A DNA stretch of 63,226 nucleotides, the filler included, from Nemertoderma westbladi (taxonomy: Eukaryota > Animalia > Xenacoelomorpha), in the NCBI GenBank assembly GCA_032718475.1. It is 4 parts of 4 records of this genome, joined end to end, with 100 filler letters (N's around TTAATTAATTAA, not from the genome) between each part and the next. Parts side by side here need not be neighbours in the genome. Positions count along the whole stretch, not along the records: positions 19,722 to 46,140 come from JAUCBJ010004957.1; positions 46,241 to 58,701 come from JAUCBJ010002757.1; 2 more parts are not named here. One strand, written 5' to 3'. The notes beneath the pieces were generated by a model, which was not told the DNA's origin, ran no database searches, and saw only the letters and a list, made by a program, of their open reading frames with translations. Shown here in pieces: positions 36,762-49,210 of this stretch (position 1 is its first letter; each line of letters begins with the position of its first letter). A program made the position numbers and the translations under genes.

Positions 36762-38256
36762 AATAATTTATACAATCTCATAATGTTAAAACATATAAAC
36801 AATAACAAGAAATAGTTTGCCTCCAGTCCCACACGGCTGCATGGCCTTGTAGTTCTAGAACAATGTAATTTATTGTATAACGGGTTATCTAAAGAAGACA
36901 TTAAAATAAAGTTCCATATAAAATAAATACCAGATAGTAAACGTCATGTTGTTACAAATTATTTTAAGTTACAAATAACGTTCTAGAACATGTTTACCGT
37001 GATTTTTAACATTACATTACATCTGGCACGCTATCTTGGCTCAAAGTCTCCGCAGTCGGGCTGGACTGTTCCTACACCCACCACGGTGGCGCATCCTGCG
37101 TCCAATCGGTACCACCCCAGTTTGGACAAAGAAAGTAACGTGTGTTGCACTATTGCCAAGTTTTCCAATACCGTGAAGACGCACCAAGTATTTTACTTCT
37201 TATTATACTACCTTTTTTTGACTGAAGTTAAGTATTTTAGCTCAGAAACGACTAAAATACTATATTTTGTGTATTATATTTTTGGTTACAATTTTTTGGA
37301 TTGTATTTTTGGAATATTTTTAGAAGCTATACTTTGGATCCTAACGGACCCAAAGCAACCCCCACCCGGTTTATCTTTTTCCCTCTCCCCAGAGGTATTT
37401 CTATGGTGTTACCGTTACCGTTACCTTAATAACATCTGGAAACTAGAAATCACAGTGTTTTAGTACTATCTTGAAAAGGTTATGGGTGGATGTCCGTAAA
37501 TTACAAGTCATTGAAGGACCGTGTGTTATTGCGAGCTATTTTCAAGTCAGTAATCTCAACCGAGAAAAAAAATACAGAAACGAAGTGTGTTAGCACTTTG
37601 AAACATTTTGAGATGCTTTAAAAGCCATTTACGAGCTTATCGTGCTGAAGGCATGAGAAATTCTTTACATTGCTTGCAATTTGAAACACAACTAGTTCAA
37701 CTTATCGTGATGACCCCATATGCCTAGAAATTTTTTATAAGCGTTTATAAATTATAAAGTGTCTTGTGCGAAATTGTACCATTCGTATCGCTGGCATTCC
37801 TCTCATTTTATTAGAAAACTTACGTTGCAAGGATTTATCAATGTCTGAATTTCGATGAGACACAGCTGCCGAATACAGCCGAATAATGCATGAATTATCG
37901 TTCGCTGGGGGCCATTTATTAAATACATTAAATTTAACATCTGCTATGACTTTAATTTGTAACCTGATCATTTCCCTTAATTGATAATTAACATTATTAA
38001 TCCGCAGGGATGAGATTTAATATCGCACTGCAGTCTTATAAAGTGCTATAGATTATATAGAGAATTTAAGTAAATAGTACTTCCAAAAATCGACCTTTAC
38101 GGAAAAATAACTTTTGCTATACTTTTTAATAAAGCAGAAAACCTAATATCAATGAAATGACGGCACTATACAAGGACAATTTTAATGAATATTCGGGCTA
38201 CAGTATTATCTTATCACAGTTTGTATTCACTAAGAAGTTCTTTCCTCATGTTGGAG

Positions 38257-39555
38257 TTAATCGAATGCATTAAAAATAAATTTATAGTGAGTTAACATCA
38301 AGAAGACTATTGTCGTCTGATTGTTCAACTCTGAACCCATAAATATAGTGGGAACAAAGATGGGCGTCAAGTCATTAATGCTCATACCATTAACGTGAGC
38401 ATGAGATGCGACTCGTAGGAGATGTCCGATAAGATACTTCAACGTCTCGTAATGCGGTTCGGGTAATTCGTGAATTAATTTTTTCAAGGAACGCAACTGA
38501 ACCGACCTCGGCGCAATCAACGAACAATCCATGAACGCTTTGTAACTGCTGTCAGTCATCAAAGAATCTGGAAGTTCTCTGATAAATTCTTTCAATAGTG
38601 AAGCCACTATGTGGATATCATCATCATTGGGTGTATTTCCGGGTGTTTCCACTAGACAGAAACTTTTCATTGTCTCGTCAATATCACTTCCTTCAACTAA
38701 AGCCCTTTTAATGGCTGTTAATATTACTTTACGTCCAGGAATTCGGTATATATGTCGAGTTTTCAGTCCATATTTTTCAATTATCGTAACAAAAGTTTCA
38801 ACGAAATTCGGAACATTAAAGTTGACTGAAGCACCGATACATTTCTCCAAGGGGGGAGGGTAGCAAATTGAATTTTGTCTTGTTTCTAGTGAATTTCTCG
38901 AACATTTTAGGTATTTTTTCATTCGTTTTACTATGCCTAGCTTCGGATCTGGTGGTTTATCTGTTTCGGCTAGTTGTTGACCTCTGGGATTATAAAGGCT
39001 GAACCCCGGAATGACGCTTTCCTGTTTAGAACATTGAGCAATGGAATACACCCAAATTATCATGAGGTTTCCATCTACAGCTTGTAAGAAAAAATCTGAG
39101 GATTTATTGCTATCTTCTTCTCCGACCTCATTGGTTTTAACATGAAACACGTGTTTCCTTTTGGACTTTGGATCCTCTATAATGGTGATGTCGCAATTTG
39201 TAATGTCTGCACTGTAGTATATTCGTATACCCGGTTGCATCGCGTTTGCTCTATTACAATTTGGGAATGTTCCATCACATGGAAATTCAGTTATATTTGA
39301 CAAAACCAAAATGTTCCGTTCTAATTGTAAAGTTACTGTTACTTTAGACCAAGATAAGAATTCCCCACCCATGGCCTTCCCATCAAGGCGTGTTACTCTG
39401 ACCATGAGCTCCCCTTGAAAGGTGGTTGTTGATTCCAGTCTGTCATCCCCGAATCTATTGTTATCTCTTCGTCTTTGTCCTAAGGGCCTTAAATTCCTTG
39501 AATCTGTTTCGACGATAGGCCAAGATATTGGCCTATTATTGACCGGGGTTGACAT
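38257..39555 (-). CDS. Intronless PH + RhoGAP protein (ARHGAP21/23-like), paralog B
   Basis: 432-aa ORF; PH motif KRKHVFHVKT...SDFFLQAVD...W; GAP motifs HIYRIPG, ASLLKEFIRELP, NGMSINDLTPIFVPT. Confidence 0.88.
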   Translation of the reverse strand: MSTPVNNRPISWPIVETDSRNLRPLGQRRRDNNRFGDDRLESTTTFQGELMVRVTRLDGKAMGGEFLSWSKVTVTLQLERNILVLSNITEFPCDGTFPNCNRANAMQPGIRIYYSADITNCDITIIEDPKSKRKHVFHVKTNEVGEEDSNKSSDFFLQAVDGNLMIIWVYSIAQCSKQESVIPGFSLYNPRGQQLAETDKPPDPKLGIVKRMKKYLKCSRNSLETRQNSICYPPPLEKCIGASVNFNVPNFVETFVTIIEKYGLKTRHIYRIPGRKVILTAIKRALVEGSDIDETMKSFCLVETPGNTPNDDDIHIVASLLKEFIRELPDSLMTDSSYKAFMDCSLIAPRSVQLRSLKKLIHELPEPHYETLKYLIGHLLRVASHAHVNGMSINDLTPIFVPTIFMGSELNNQTTIVFLMLTHYKFIFNAFD

Positions 39556-40267
39556 TATTAAATTAAGTTGTAAAACCTTTAAATATAATTAATTATGACT
39601 GTTCATATATTTTCAGTGAATTAACTTCATCGAATTCTAGTAGATCTCGTTTGATGATTTTTACATAAATAGGCACTCCTTTCAGATTCATATATCGTGA
39701 ATGTATTAAGCTATGGTTATAGAGGTTACATCAACCGTGTTTACGTAACTTAGTTATAGAGGTTACATCAACCGTGTTTACGTAACTTAGCTACGATGTG
39801 GTGATTATTTTGTAAGTTAATAAATTTGTGTTTACTAAATTATTCTGTAGCCATGGAGTTAAATAAGCTTTTAATTAACCCTATATGGCGTGGGGGGGGG
39901 GGGGGGGGTGGGGTCATTTTAGAAATTTTTTGTAATTAATCTGTATCTTTGAGTCAGGTTTGTTGGGAAAATAGAGATTTCGTGACTTTTCCTAAAATTT
40001 AATGGGCTATCTAACAGAGCAATGCCATTTATATGGCTATGTTTTCTATGCTTTCTGCGGTCCCTTTCTGGCATCCATCTGACAGTATTTTTCGTGCTAA
40101 AATTTCCAAAAGTTTTTAAGGCTCACTAAAATTTATTTATTTATTTTATTTATTTGACACTGATCACGATTATTGAACTCAAAATCGCATTCTAGAAATG
40201 TTTTGGTAATTGTGCAAATATGATCACGAAAAATCACAATGAAATCAAATTAATGCTATTGCTGTAA

Positions 40268-43200
40268 TAGTGGGGTCGCTTAAGGCTGAAATATAGCAAA
40301 ATCGTTAATTGCTGGACAAAAGCATGAAAATGTGACTATATATGTAAAAAAATGTGTAGATTAATCTGAGCCTGTGTACCAAAAAAATTGACTACTTCCC
40401 TAGCAACAGGGTGACTTTTTCATAGCAACCGGATACTTTTGGTCGTATCTGTTATTGAAACTCGCCATATAGAAAAATTACGATTATATTACTGGGTTGG
40501 TTTAAAAATAGAAGTCGAGTACACGTTTCCATAGCAACAAGGTGACCTTTCCCTAGCAACCGTTGTATATTTAATGTAATTATGATTGAAACTTGGGATA
40601 AATAACCTGGCTAGCAATAGAAGATGGTTAATAGTGTATTCGGGGCTGATACACGTTTCCTTAGCAACAAGATGACCTTTCCCTAGCAACTGCCTGCAAT
40701 TCTGATTGAAATTTGGGATCATGTTGGGATAATCAACCTGTATAGCAATATAAGGCACATGTGAAGAATACCAGACTTTCTGCTGTTATATTTCACTTTG
40801 CAGTTACTCCCTTGTGAAGAATACCAGGTTTTCACCAAAACCACATTTTACAGGAGGGCTGAATCTAACCAAAACAATAAACGAATTAGTATATGTACAG
40901 GTTATAAGAGAGAAATAAGCGCTATAAAACACTTAATAAAGATAAATTAAAAAAATAAAAATCTTCATATATAAAATTCCAATAAAAAGTCGACCGAAAA
41001 GTGAAATCCTGGTATTCTTCAAGTGCGGCATGGGCGAATATAAGATTATTAGTAGTTATATTAGAGCTGATTGATACACGTTTCCATAAAAATATTTAAA
41101 TTTATGGGAATAATGTGTGTTTATAAAACTACAGTGTAAAAGTACAGTTAAAAATCCAAAAATGTAGCCACGGGCGGAGCTGATCCCGTAATAATAATAA
41201 TATAATAGTACAATATGGATATATTTCTCTAAAAAATCTGTAAGGAGTACTGTATACTTCCAATTTCAAAATTTTTTTTACTATTTCACTTGCCAGGCCC
41301 AGATGTAATACGGTTTTTGAACATCGTCATGCACTGAAAGGAGGCCAGAGGAACAAGATATCCTTGGCAATAACTTAAATCGTTCTAGAATGTTTCGCAT
41401 ATAATGAAAACAAACATAGATAAATATAATACCAATACTACCGGTAGCTGTTGTTGTATTTTATTCGTGTAGGAAAATGGTCACTAATCAGAGTGTAATA
41501 TAATAGTCACAGTCATTTTGCGATTCTAGAATTATAATTATGATACAGAATAGTACATCATGGTACTAGTGAGCTGGTTATTGCTTATTCCCTCGAAATT
41601 AACATTATGTAACTTTTGTTTTGGTTTGTGGTTTGTATATATTTATTGGCACTACTTCGCCCTGTCGACAGCCTCTGTCAATTTTTTTAACCATTAATTT
41701 TTTGGTGTTTTTCAATGTTTTGTTTGATAATGGTGAATGTTCTAGAACCTTAAGTAGATATTTTTTTTAATAGCAGCTAGCGTTTTTTTACTAGCTAGCA
41801 TTTTTTGAAAATAAAAAAAAAATTTTGTTAACATTATTAATTAGCTAGCGTTTTTATGAAGGTAGTGGTTTTTTTACTACAGTAGCTAGTAATAGTAAGT
41901 ATTTAAAATGTTTAAAACTGCTTTTTTTAATATTACGTTATTTATAGGTGCGGTTGGTTGGTAAACAAGCCTATATTTTTTATGGGTTTTATTTTATTAT
42001 TCTTTCCAGCGATACTTTGCTGAATTTAGACTCAGAAAACATACATATTGAGAAGGCTTTGTGGGGGTGTCATGGGGATATGTTGGATTGCTCTGGATGA
42101 GTTGAGTTGCTTACAGAAGCAAATATTGCTAATCATGGTGTAGCTGATTCTTTCCATAAAGTAGCACATATTACAAGGACTCGAAAAGCTCATCAAACAA
42201 CAGGTGCTGCATTGACATTATTGCAGATTGAAGCCTTTTCAGAATTCGAGAATACAAATCACATTGATAATTATTCATTTTCAGACTGGAGAGACTTAAT
42301 GGCAACAGAACATCCAACCTTTCAGTTCTACGACTTCATTTTGAGAATTCAGAGGCTAATTCTAGTATTTATTCGAGCTCATAGAGAGAAAAATTTCCAA
42401 CTATTCATAAGTTGTTTAGAGACTCTAGTTGTTTACTTTTTTAGTTTAGACCATTACCACTACAGTCGATGGGTAAGTGTATTTCTGTTAGATATGAAGT
42501 CTCTCCCACAAACCATATTCGAAGTGTTTAATAAAGGAAATTGGGTTGCATCGAAGTCAAGTCGACGTTTCTCAGCTATACCTCTCGACCAAGCTCATGA
42601 ACAGGAAAATGAAAAAGTTAAAGGTAGTGGTGGTGTGATTGGTCTTACTGAGAATGAAGCAGGATTTCGAAGGTGGCTCTTAGCCGGACCGGAACTTGCT
42701 AGATTGATTGGCAAATTCGAGACAACAATAGACTCAAGAAGAAATCTGTCACTCACAGATAAAAAAACACCATGAAGAAACGATAGCTTTCCAAAAGTCA
42801 CTTCAAAATGATGTCAATAATCTGGTAATTACCATTAAGGAACCCATTTATTTCAAAATCTGACAAACTCATATTGATACCAAGTCAAGCATATGCTCCT
42901 GACTCTGTAGTTAATAACATAAGTAAGATTGAAGAATGTGGCGCAAGATACAATATACTAATTTTGTAACTGATGTTTTGGTTAATAATGTAAGGCCGTT
43001 CAAAGATGTCATCAAATCCAACTCGTTTCAAACTTTTAAATCGCCTAGAATATCTAATGTAATGAACAAACGCATGTCTGAGGTTCGATCCGACGCATCA
43101 TTGTTTGGAAAACTCTTTATTGCGAATCAAACCCGAAAAGGAGATCCGTCTGTCTTCTTTGCTCATGAGAACCACCCTTATCCACCTTCACTTTCACAGT

Positions 43201-45108
43201 ATGGTGACATCAATTATGAGACTAAATCTGACATATTAAAGGTTTTTGATACAACATATAGTGTTGATGTCCCTGAGTATTTTCATGCAAAAGTCTCTGA
43301 TGCACCATTCATAGTTCATTGCCTTCGACCTATAGGATGTTCCACCATACAAGACTATTTAACTAATAAAATAATACCTCATATAAAGCACGAATTGAAC
43401 AATTCTGACAGGGTTGACTTTATTTTTGACAGATACTGCCATGAAAGCTTGAAAATGGGTATCAGAAACTTACATGGTAGTGGAAACCAAGTTAACATTA
43501 AGGATAAAACCAAAATTCCAGTAAATTCGATGGATTTCTTAAGGAACTCTAATAATAAAAACGAGTTGTTCAACTACTTATCCAAATCAATTATTCTAGA
43601 AAAATACCCAGAAGGGAAATATATTTACTCAACATTGGAAGAAGATGTGCTCTGTCAGGATAGTCGAGGCACCATTATGGGAAATTGCTCACACGAAGAA
43701 GCTGACACCCGCATTATAGTACACATACAGCATGCATTGTCAATGGGGGCTACAAATATCATTGTGCGCACGGGTGAAACAGACGTTTTAGTAATACTGA
43801 TCGGAGTTCTCTTTTATTTATTATCCAATCATCCCAGACTGAACATATGGTTAGCATTCGGTTCTGGAAAACATTTTAAATATTTCAATGTGAATAATAT
43901 ATCCCAAAAGTTAGGTGAGGACAAATCAAAGGGTTTATTGATGTTCCATGCCCTTAGTGGCAGTGACACCGTGTCCCACTTCAGAAATATTGGCAAAATA
44001 ACTGCTAGGAAAACTTGGTTGGTAGAATTCAATGCGAATTCAAAGCGTTGGAAAAATTTGTCATACGTATGTATGACAGAAAATCAAACAGAACGAGTAT
44101 AAATAATACAAGACGGGATCTATTCACCAAACGCAACTGCGTGATTGATCGCTTGCCACCAACTCAACACGCCCTTTACCAACATGTGATGCGGGCTACA
44201 TATCAAGCCAGCGTTTGGGCAGTCTGCACACAGGACAAACCGATACTCCCTTCACCAGCAGATTTCGGTTGGGTATTTAATACTCAATGGAATCCCGCCT
44301 GGAGTTCACTGCCAGACGCTGTGCTACAAAGTCATTAAATGTGCATGCAAAAAGCGCAATTGCACAAACTGCAAGTGTGGGAAGGCTGGGTTTAAATGCA
44401 CTGAATTATGCACTTGCACTTGCACTTGTTATTGATCACACATGATTCGTATAATTAAAAGAATTGGAATAACTATAATACTAAATAATTTAAATTTACA
44501 GCCTTGTGGCTGTGTATTTGATGTATAAACACATTATCCTCATAAAGCCAAAAGTGCAATATTTTTTAAATATAGATATCACCTTTTGTTTCTATGGAAA
44601 CGTGCATCACAGCTCCAATATAACTACTAACCATCTTATATTGCTATAAATGCTGTTTATCTGCAGTTTCAATATTAATTACACTAAATTTCAGGCAGTT
44701 CCTAGGGAAAGGTCACCTTGTTGCTATGGACACGTGTATCAGAGCCAATGTTATTACTAACAATCTTCTATTGCTAGACAGGTTGATTATCCCAAGTTTC
44801 AATCATAATTTCATTAAATATACAGCGGTTGCTAGGGAAAGGTCTCCTTGTTGCTATGGAAACGTGTACAAACTTATATTATAAACTAACCCAGTTATAT
44901 AATCGTAATTTTTGTTTATGGCGAGTTTCAATAACAGAAACGATAAATTTTACCCGGTTGCTATGAAAAAGTCACCCTGTTGCTAGGGAAGTAGTCAATT
45001 TTTTTGGTACACAGGCTCAGATTAATCTACACATTTTTTTACATATATAGTCACATTTTCATGCTTTTGTCCGGCAATTAACGATTTTCACCTTAAGCGA
45101 CCCCACTA
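40268..45108 (+). mobile_element. AcademX-type DNA transposon, defective
   Basis: TAG...CTA termini, ~480-bp TIRs (40268-40750 vs ~44635-45108), TAA on both flanks; broken ORF ~42040-44430 with Academ transposase segment (HIEKALW...HITRTRKAHQ...DQAHEQEN), XPG/FEN1-like motifs (FDRY, HEEADTR, GETDV, LSGSDT), LPPT...GW and C-terminal Cys8 CACKKRNCTNCKCGKAGFKCTELCTC. Confidence 0.85.
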
Positions 45109-46140
45109 TAATTGATGTTTTTTGGGATGCTGATCACGAATGTGATACTGAAATATATCGTACATTGTTGGTTAGGGCATTTTGGGATATGTGTCAATGT
45201 GCGGCACGAAAAATACAAGTAACACAAATTTGATAATCAAAAAATCATTACCAAATCAACCTGATTTTAAGATATTATGGGTTTTCTGGGACGCTGATCA
45301 CGTATATTAAACACAAATATATCGTATTATGCAAATGCAACCAAATTATATTTTTGCCGATTGAACTATTATGCTACTTGTATTTTTCGTCCCGTTGTAT
45401 CCTAACCAACCAACCACCTTGAGAACCAGTATAGCTTCAGAATTACCAAACCAAAGGCAAAATTTAACAGTGTGTAATTATTTGCTACTTGTACCTATCG
45501 TTCTGGGGCACCAGAATGGCACCAAATTTGGTTTGCATTACCAGAAACATATATAACTAGTTTCATCGTGATCAGCGACCCGTATACCTGCAGAACTATC
45601 TAACCAAACACAATATTTTTTTATTTAACCTTTTTTCGTCCATTTCGTACATTTCGTCCTGGGGGACCAAAATAGCACCAAAAGTTATGGTTGCATTGCC
45701 AGAAAATATTTTTAACAAGTTTCACCGTGATCAGCGACCTCGAAAACCCTGATACCATCAAAATTCTTATGTTTCAGCCAAGATCTAAAAAATTTATAAA
45801 ATGACCTTTTTGGAGAAATTTGAGAATTTGGGGGGGGGGAATTTTTTGGAGATAATGCCATGTCCCCTCTATCCATGGTGCAAAATTCAGCTTAGCCCCA
45901 TTTTTATCCGGTTTCGGTAGTTTATGACCTATTTTAATTGAATACACTCAAACTTAGCTATCTAATAAGGCAAGCAGATAGTGGCGCACATTGACCGCAA
46001 GTGAAAATAGTGATCTTCAGCGCAAAGAGACCGCAAGTCAAATAATGTATAGTATATTGTTTTGCTTAGAACACACAGATACTTTAACCTTCCCCTTTCT
46101 AATGTTTTAATTAAATTAAATTAATTTTTCAAATCAACTA

Positions 46141-46240
46141 NNNNNNNNNNNNNNNNNNNNNNNNNNNNNNNNNNNNNNNNNNNNTTAATTAATTAANNNN
46201 NNNNNNNNNNNNNNNNNNNNNNNNNNNNNNNNNNNNNNNN
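46141..46240. other. Artificial contig linker
   Basis: N44-TTAATTAATTAA-N44. Confidence 0.97.
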
Positions 46241-46861
46241 CAAATAATAAAATAAAATCAATAAACTCAATAGAACAGGTTACAGATATATTTTTGGGAG
46301 TAATCAGATGTTATTTGCGTCGAATTTCCACAGGAAGGATGAATATTATTGCGTCGAAAGTCCACACCTATCTGAAAATATTGTAACTATCCAATATGTA
46401 TCCAGTCAAAGTACGGTAGGTCCTGATGTAATGTCCTACTGCAGTGCAGTATTGTACGGAATACAATAATACTGTAGCATATAAAAAATAGGTAAAAGGC
46501 TTAAAAAAATAACAAAAAATAGGGAAGAAAAAATTGGTGAAAATTATATAGTTAAGAAAAAATATTTGCCGAAATTTATTATAATGTACAGTATGTCATG
46601 TATGGTAGCATAAACACTTATATTCAAAACATAACATATACTATATAATACTGTGCGTGGGCCTAAATGCAAACACGTGCTTGACTATGTGCATTAAAAT
46701 GTGCAAAAAATGCAATATGATAAGTTCTGCATGATAACAACTATACTTCCACATAATTTCTAAATAACCTTATTTGTAAAATGTAGTTCCATCTTAATAT
46801 TAATTGGCGTTGAAAATAAGTACCAATTATGAAAATCATAAATTGACAAGTAACATACATA

Positions 46862-49210
46862 TTAACGTCCCAATTCATTAACATTAACACCCAATTGTTC
46901 TCGAATTTCTAATCGTGCAATAGAAGATAAGTGAGACTCGTCTGGACCGTCAGCTATACGAATAACTCGAGCCCATGCGAACATCCATGGCAGCAAAGTA
47001 TCCTGAGAAACTCCACAACCACCGTGGACCTGAATAGCGCGATCAATAACCCGTTGGGCCATTCTTGGAGCAGCAACCTTCAGCATGGCAATCTCTTTGC
47101 GAGCGACTTTCCCTCCGCTCACGTCGATATGATGGGCCGCTTTGAGACACAATAATCGCGCTTGATCTATCTCGATGCGGGATTCGGCAATACTGTGTTG
47201 AACAACACCTTGTTCCAACAGAGATTTACCAAAAGGGGCTCGGATCTTTGCCCTTTGACACATTAACTGCAAAGCTAGTTCGGCGTGTCCAATCATCCTC
47301 ATGCAGTGATGTATCCTGCCGGGTCCCAACCTTCCTTGAGCCACTTCGAATCCTCTACCACGACCGAGGATCACATTGCTCGTAGGAACTCGAACATCCT
47401 TGAATTCCAACTCAAAATGTCCATGAGGTGCATCGTCATAACCAAAAACAGTAAGATGCCGTTTTATTTTTACACCAGGTGCTTTGCTCGGTACAATGAC
47501 AATACTATGGCGCTGGTATTTCCCTTTAGTATCATCTTCTGACTTTCCCATAAGTACAATAAACTCTACACGAGATTCTCCAGCACCACTTGTCCACCAT
47601 TTTCTTCCGTTTATTACGAATTCCTCCCCAATTTGTTGGATATCACATTGAAGGTTAGTAGCATCACTGGAGGCAACATCTGGTTCTGTCATAGCGAAAC
47701 ATGATCTCATTGTCCCATCGAGTAACGGCTGCAACCATTGTTTTTTCTGCTCTTCTGTGCCAAATAAATGCAGAACTTCAATATTACCAGTGTCTGGTGC
47801 ACTGCAGTTGAAGACTTCTGGAGCAATCGGATTTCTACCTGTTTCTTCAGCGATCAATGAGTATTCAACATTGGTGAGACCACTTACTGAGGGTAGGAAC
47901 AAATTCCACAAACCAGCTGTTTTAGCTTTAACTTTTAACTCTTCCATTATTGGGGGTGAATGGAATCTCGACTGTCCATTATTTAGTTGTTCTTCATACA
48001 AGGGAAAGGCTGGGATTACATGGTCCTTAATAAAGGCTTTCACTCTGGTTAAGATTTCTTTGCCTTTTTCTGAAATAGGAAAGAAATCGACATCACTGTG
48101 TTGTAAAATACTTCCTCCCTTCACTACTAATAATCCAATCTCCGATATTAACTTGGCACCTTCCTTGAACAAGTGAGCATTGTCTGAACTTGCAGTACCC
48201 TCGAGATATCGGTGGTAAACACCATGAGCTATTGAAGCCATCTTAAAGAATGTCAAACCTAAATAGAATGGCCAATGGGGTATGTTAGATACCAGAGGTA
48301 AACATCGTGCTTTCAAATATGATTTTAATACGTTTGGTTCTGAGGGAATTCCTTCCACTTCAGATATCGGCCCCCCAATTCCTGAAAACATTGGCAGGAA
48401 ATTGGCCTCAGACCCAACATGGTAGATATGACACAAGTAACCCAAATCTACAAGTGGATCGCCAAGTGTAGACATCTCCCAATCCAACACTGCTATAATG
48501 CGGTTTTCTGTTGGGTGAAACATTACATTGTCCATTCGGTAATCTCCATGAACTATAGAAATGGCTTCACATTCACTAGATGGTAATGTTTGCTCCAAAC
48601 GCTTCGACAACTCTTCCATGGCCTTGTCATGGTTCGATGTCTTCTCCACAACAGCTTTATACTGCCTAGTCCACAAATTTAACTGCCGCTGGGAATATCC
48701 ACCAACTCTTCCAAATTTCTCCAATCCCAACTTACTCCAATTGATCGAATGAAGTTCACCTAATGCGTTAATAAATTCTTCATAAATCTCCACTCTATCA
48801 TTTGAAGATAAGTCAGGTAGCGTATGGTTAGTGAATATTCTCCCCATCATATGCTCCATCACATAGAATTCTGTACCGATTACCGACTGATCAGAGCAGT
48901 AGTGCAGCATTTTAGGAACTGGAAATCCGTAATCTCCCAATACTGATTGGATATGATACTCCCTGTCTATGAGATGGGCTCCTTTGAGTAGCACTCCCGA
49001 GGGCTTCTTACGGACCACAAAAGTGGAATCATCTTTACGCAAGTAAAATGTTGGATTCGATTGACCCAAACTATACTGCCTCATTATGACATTGCTTTCA
49101 GTTGAGGGATAGTATTTCGAAATCTCTCTCTTCAAATATTCATCCAGTCGTTTCACATCAAACATATGTTCTGGACGCACATCATGACCCTCCACTTCAC
49201 ATACATTCAT
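46862..49210 (-). CDS. ACAD11: Acyl-CoA dehydrogenase family member 11-like (APH-kinase + ACAD), intronless
   Basis: 782 aa; GQSNPTF, HGDYRMDN, AVLDWEMSTLGDP kinase motifs; FNCSAPDTGN, FAMTEPDVASSDATN, GRLGPGRIHHCMR, RIADGPDE ACAD motifs; no N-terminal HAD domain as in ACAD10. Confidence 0.92.
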   Translation of the reverse strand: MNVCEVEGHDVRPEHMFDVKRLDEYLKREISKYYPSTESNVIMRQYSLGQSNPTFYLRKDDSTFVVRKKPSGVLLKGAHLIDREYHIQSVLGDYGFPVPKMLHYCSDQSVIGTEFYVMEHMMGRIFTNHTLPDLSSNDRVEIYEEFINALGELHSINWSKLGLEKFGRVGGYSQRQLNLWTRQYKAVVEKTSNHDKAMEELSKRLEQTLPSSECEAISIVHGDYRMDNVMFHPTENRIIAVLDWEMSTLGDPLVDLGYLCHIYHVGSEANFLPMFSGIGGPISEVEGIPSEPNVLKSYLKARCLPLVSNIPHWPFYLGLTFFKMASIAHGVYHRYLEGTASSDNAHLFKEGAKLISEIGLLVVKGGSILQHSDVDFFPISEKGKEILTRVKAFIKDHVIPAFPLYEEQLNNGQSRFHSPPIMEELKVKAKTAGLWNLFLPSVSGLTNVEYSLIAEETGRNPIAPEVFNCSAPDTGNIEVLHLFGTEEQKKQWLQPLLDGTMRSCFAMTEPDVASSDATNLQCDIQQIGEEFVINGRKWWTSGAGESRVEFIVLMGKSEDDTKGKYQRHSIVIVPSKAPGVKIKRHLTVFGYDDAPHGHFELEFKDVRVPTSNVILGRGRGFEVAQGRLGPGRIHHCMRMIGHAELALQLMCQRAKIRAPFGKSLLEQGVVQHSIAESRIEIDQARLLCLKAAHHIDVSGGKVARKEIAMLKVAAPRMAQRVIDRAIQVHGGCGVSQDTLLPWMFAWARVIRIADGPDESHLSSIARLEIREQLGVNVNELGR

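Larger units (their letters stand above)
34433..36861. mobile_element. Composite foldback element with nested inverted repeats
   Basis: Outer TIR GTTCTAGRACTACAAGGCCATGCAGCCGTG...GGACTGGAGGCAAACTATTT; inner IR 34491-34797 vs 34978-35286; second inner IR ~35287-35525 vs ~35690-35915. Confidence 0.8.

Noticed and set aside
46931-48752. Plus-strand ORFs overlapping ACAD11 (similar shadows over the RhoGAPs and pICln)
   Set aside because: Antisense shadows of real genes with no independent motifs
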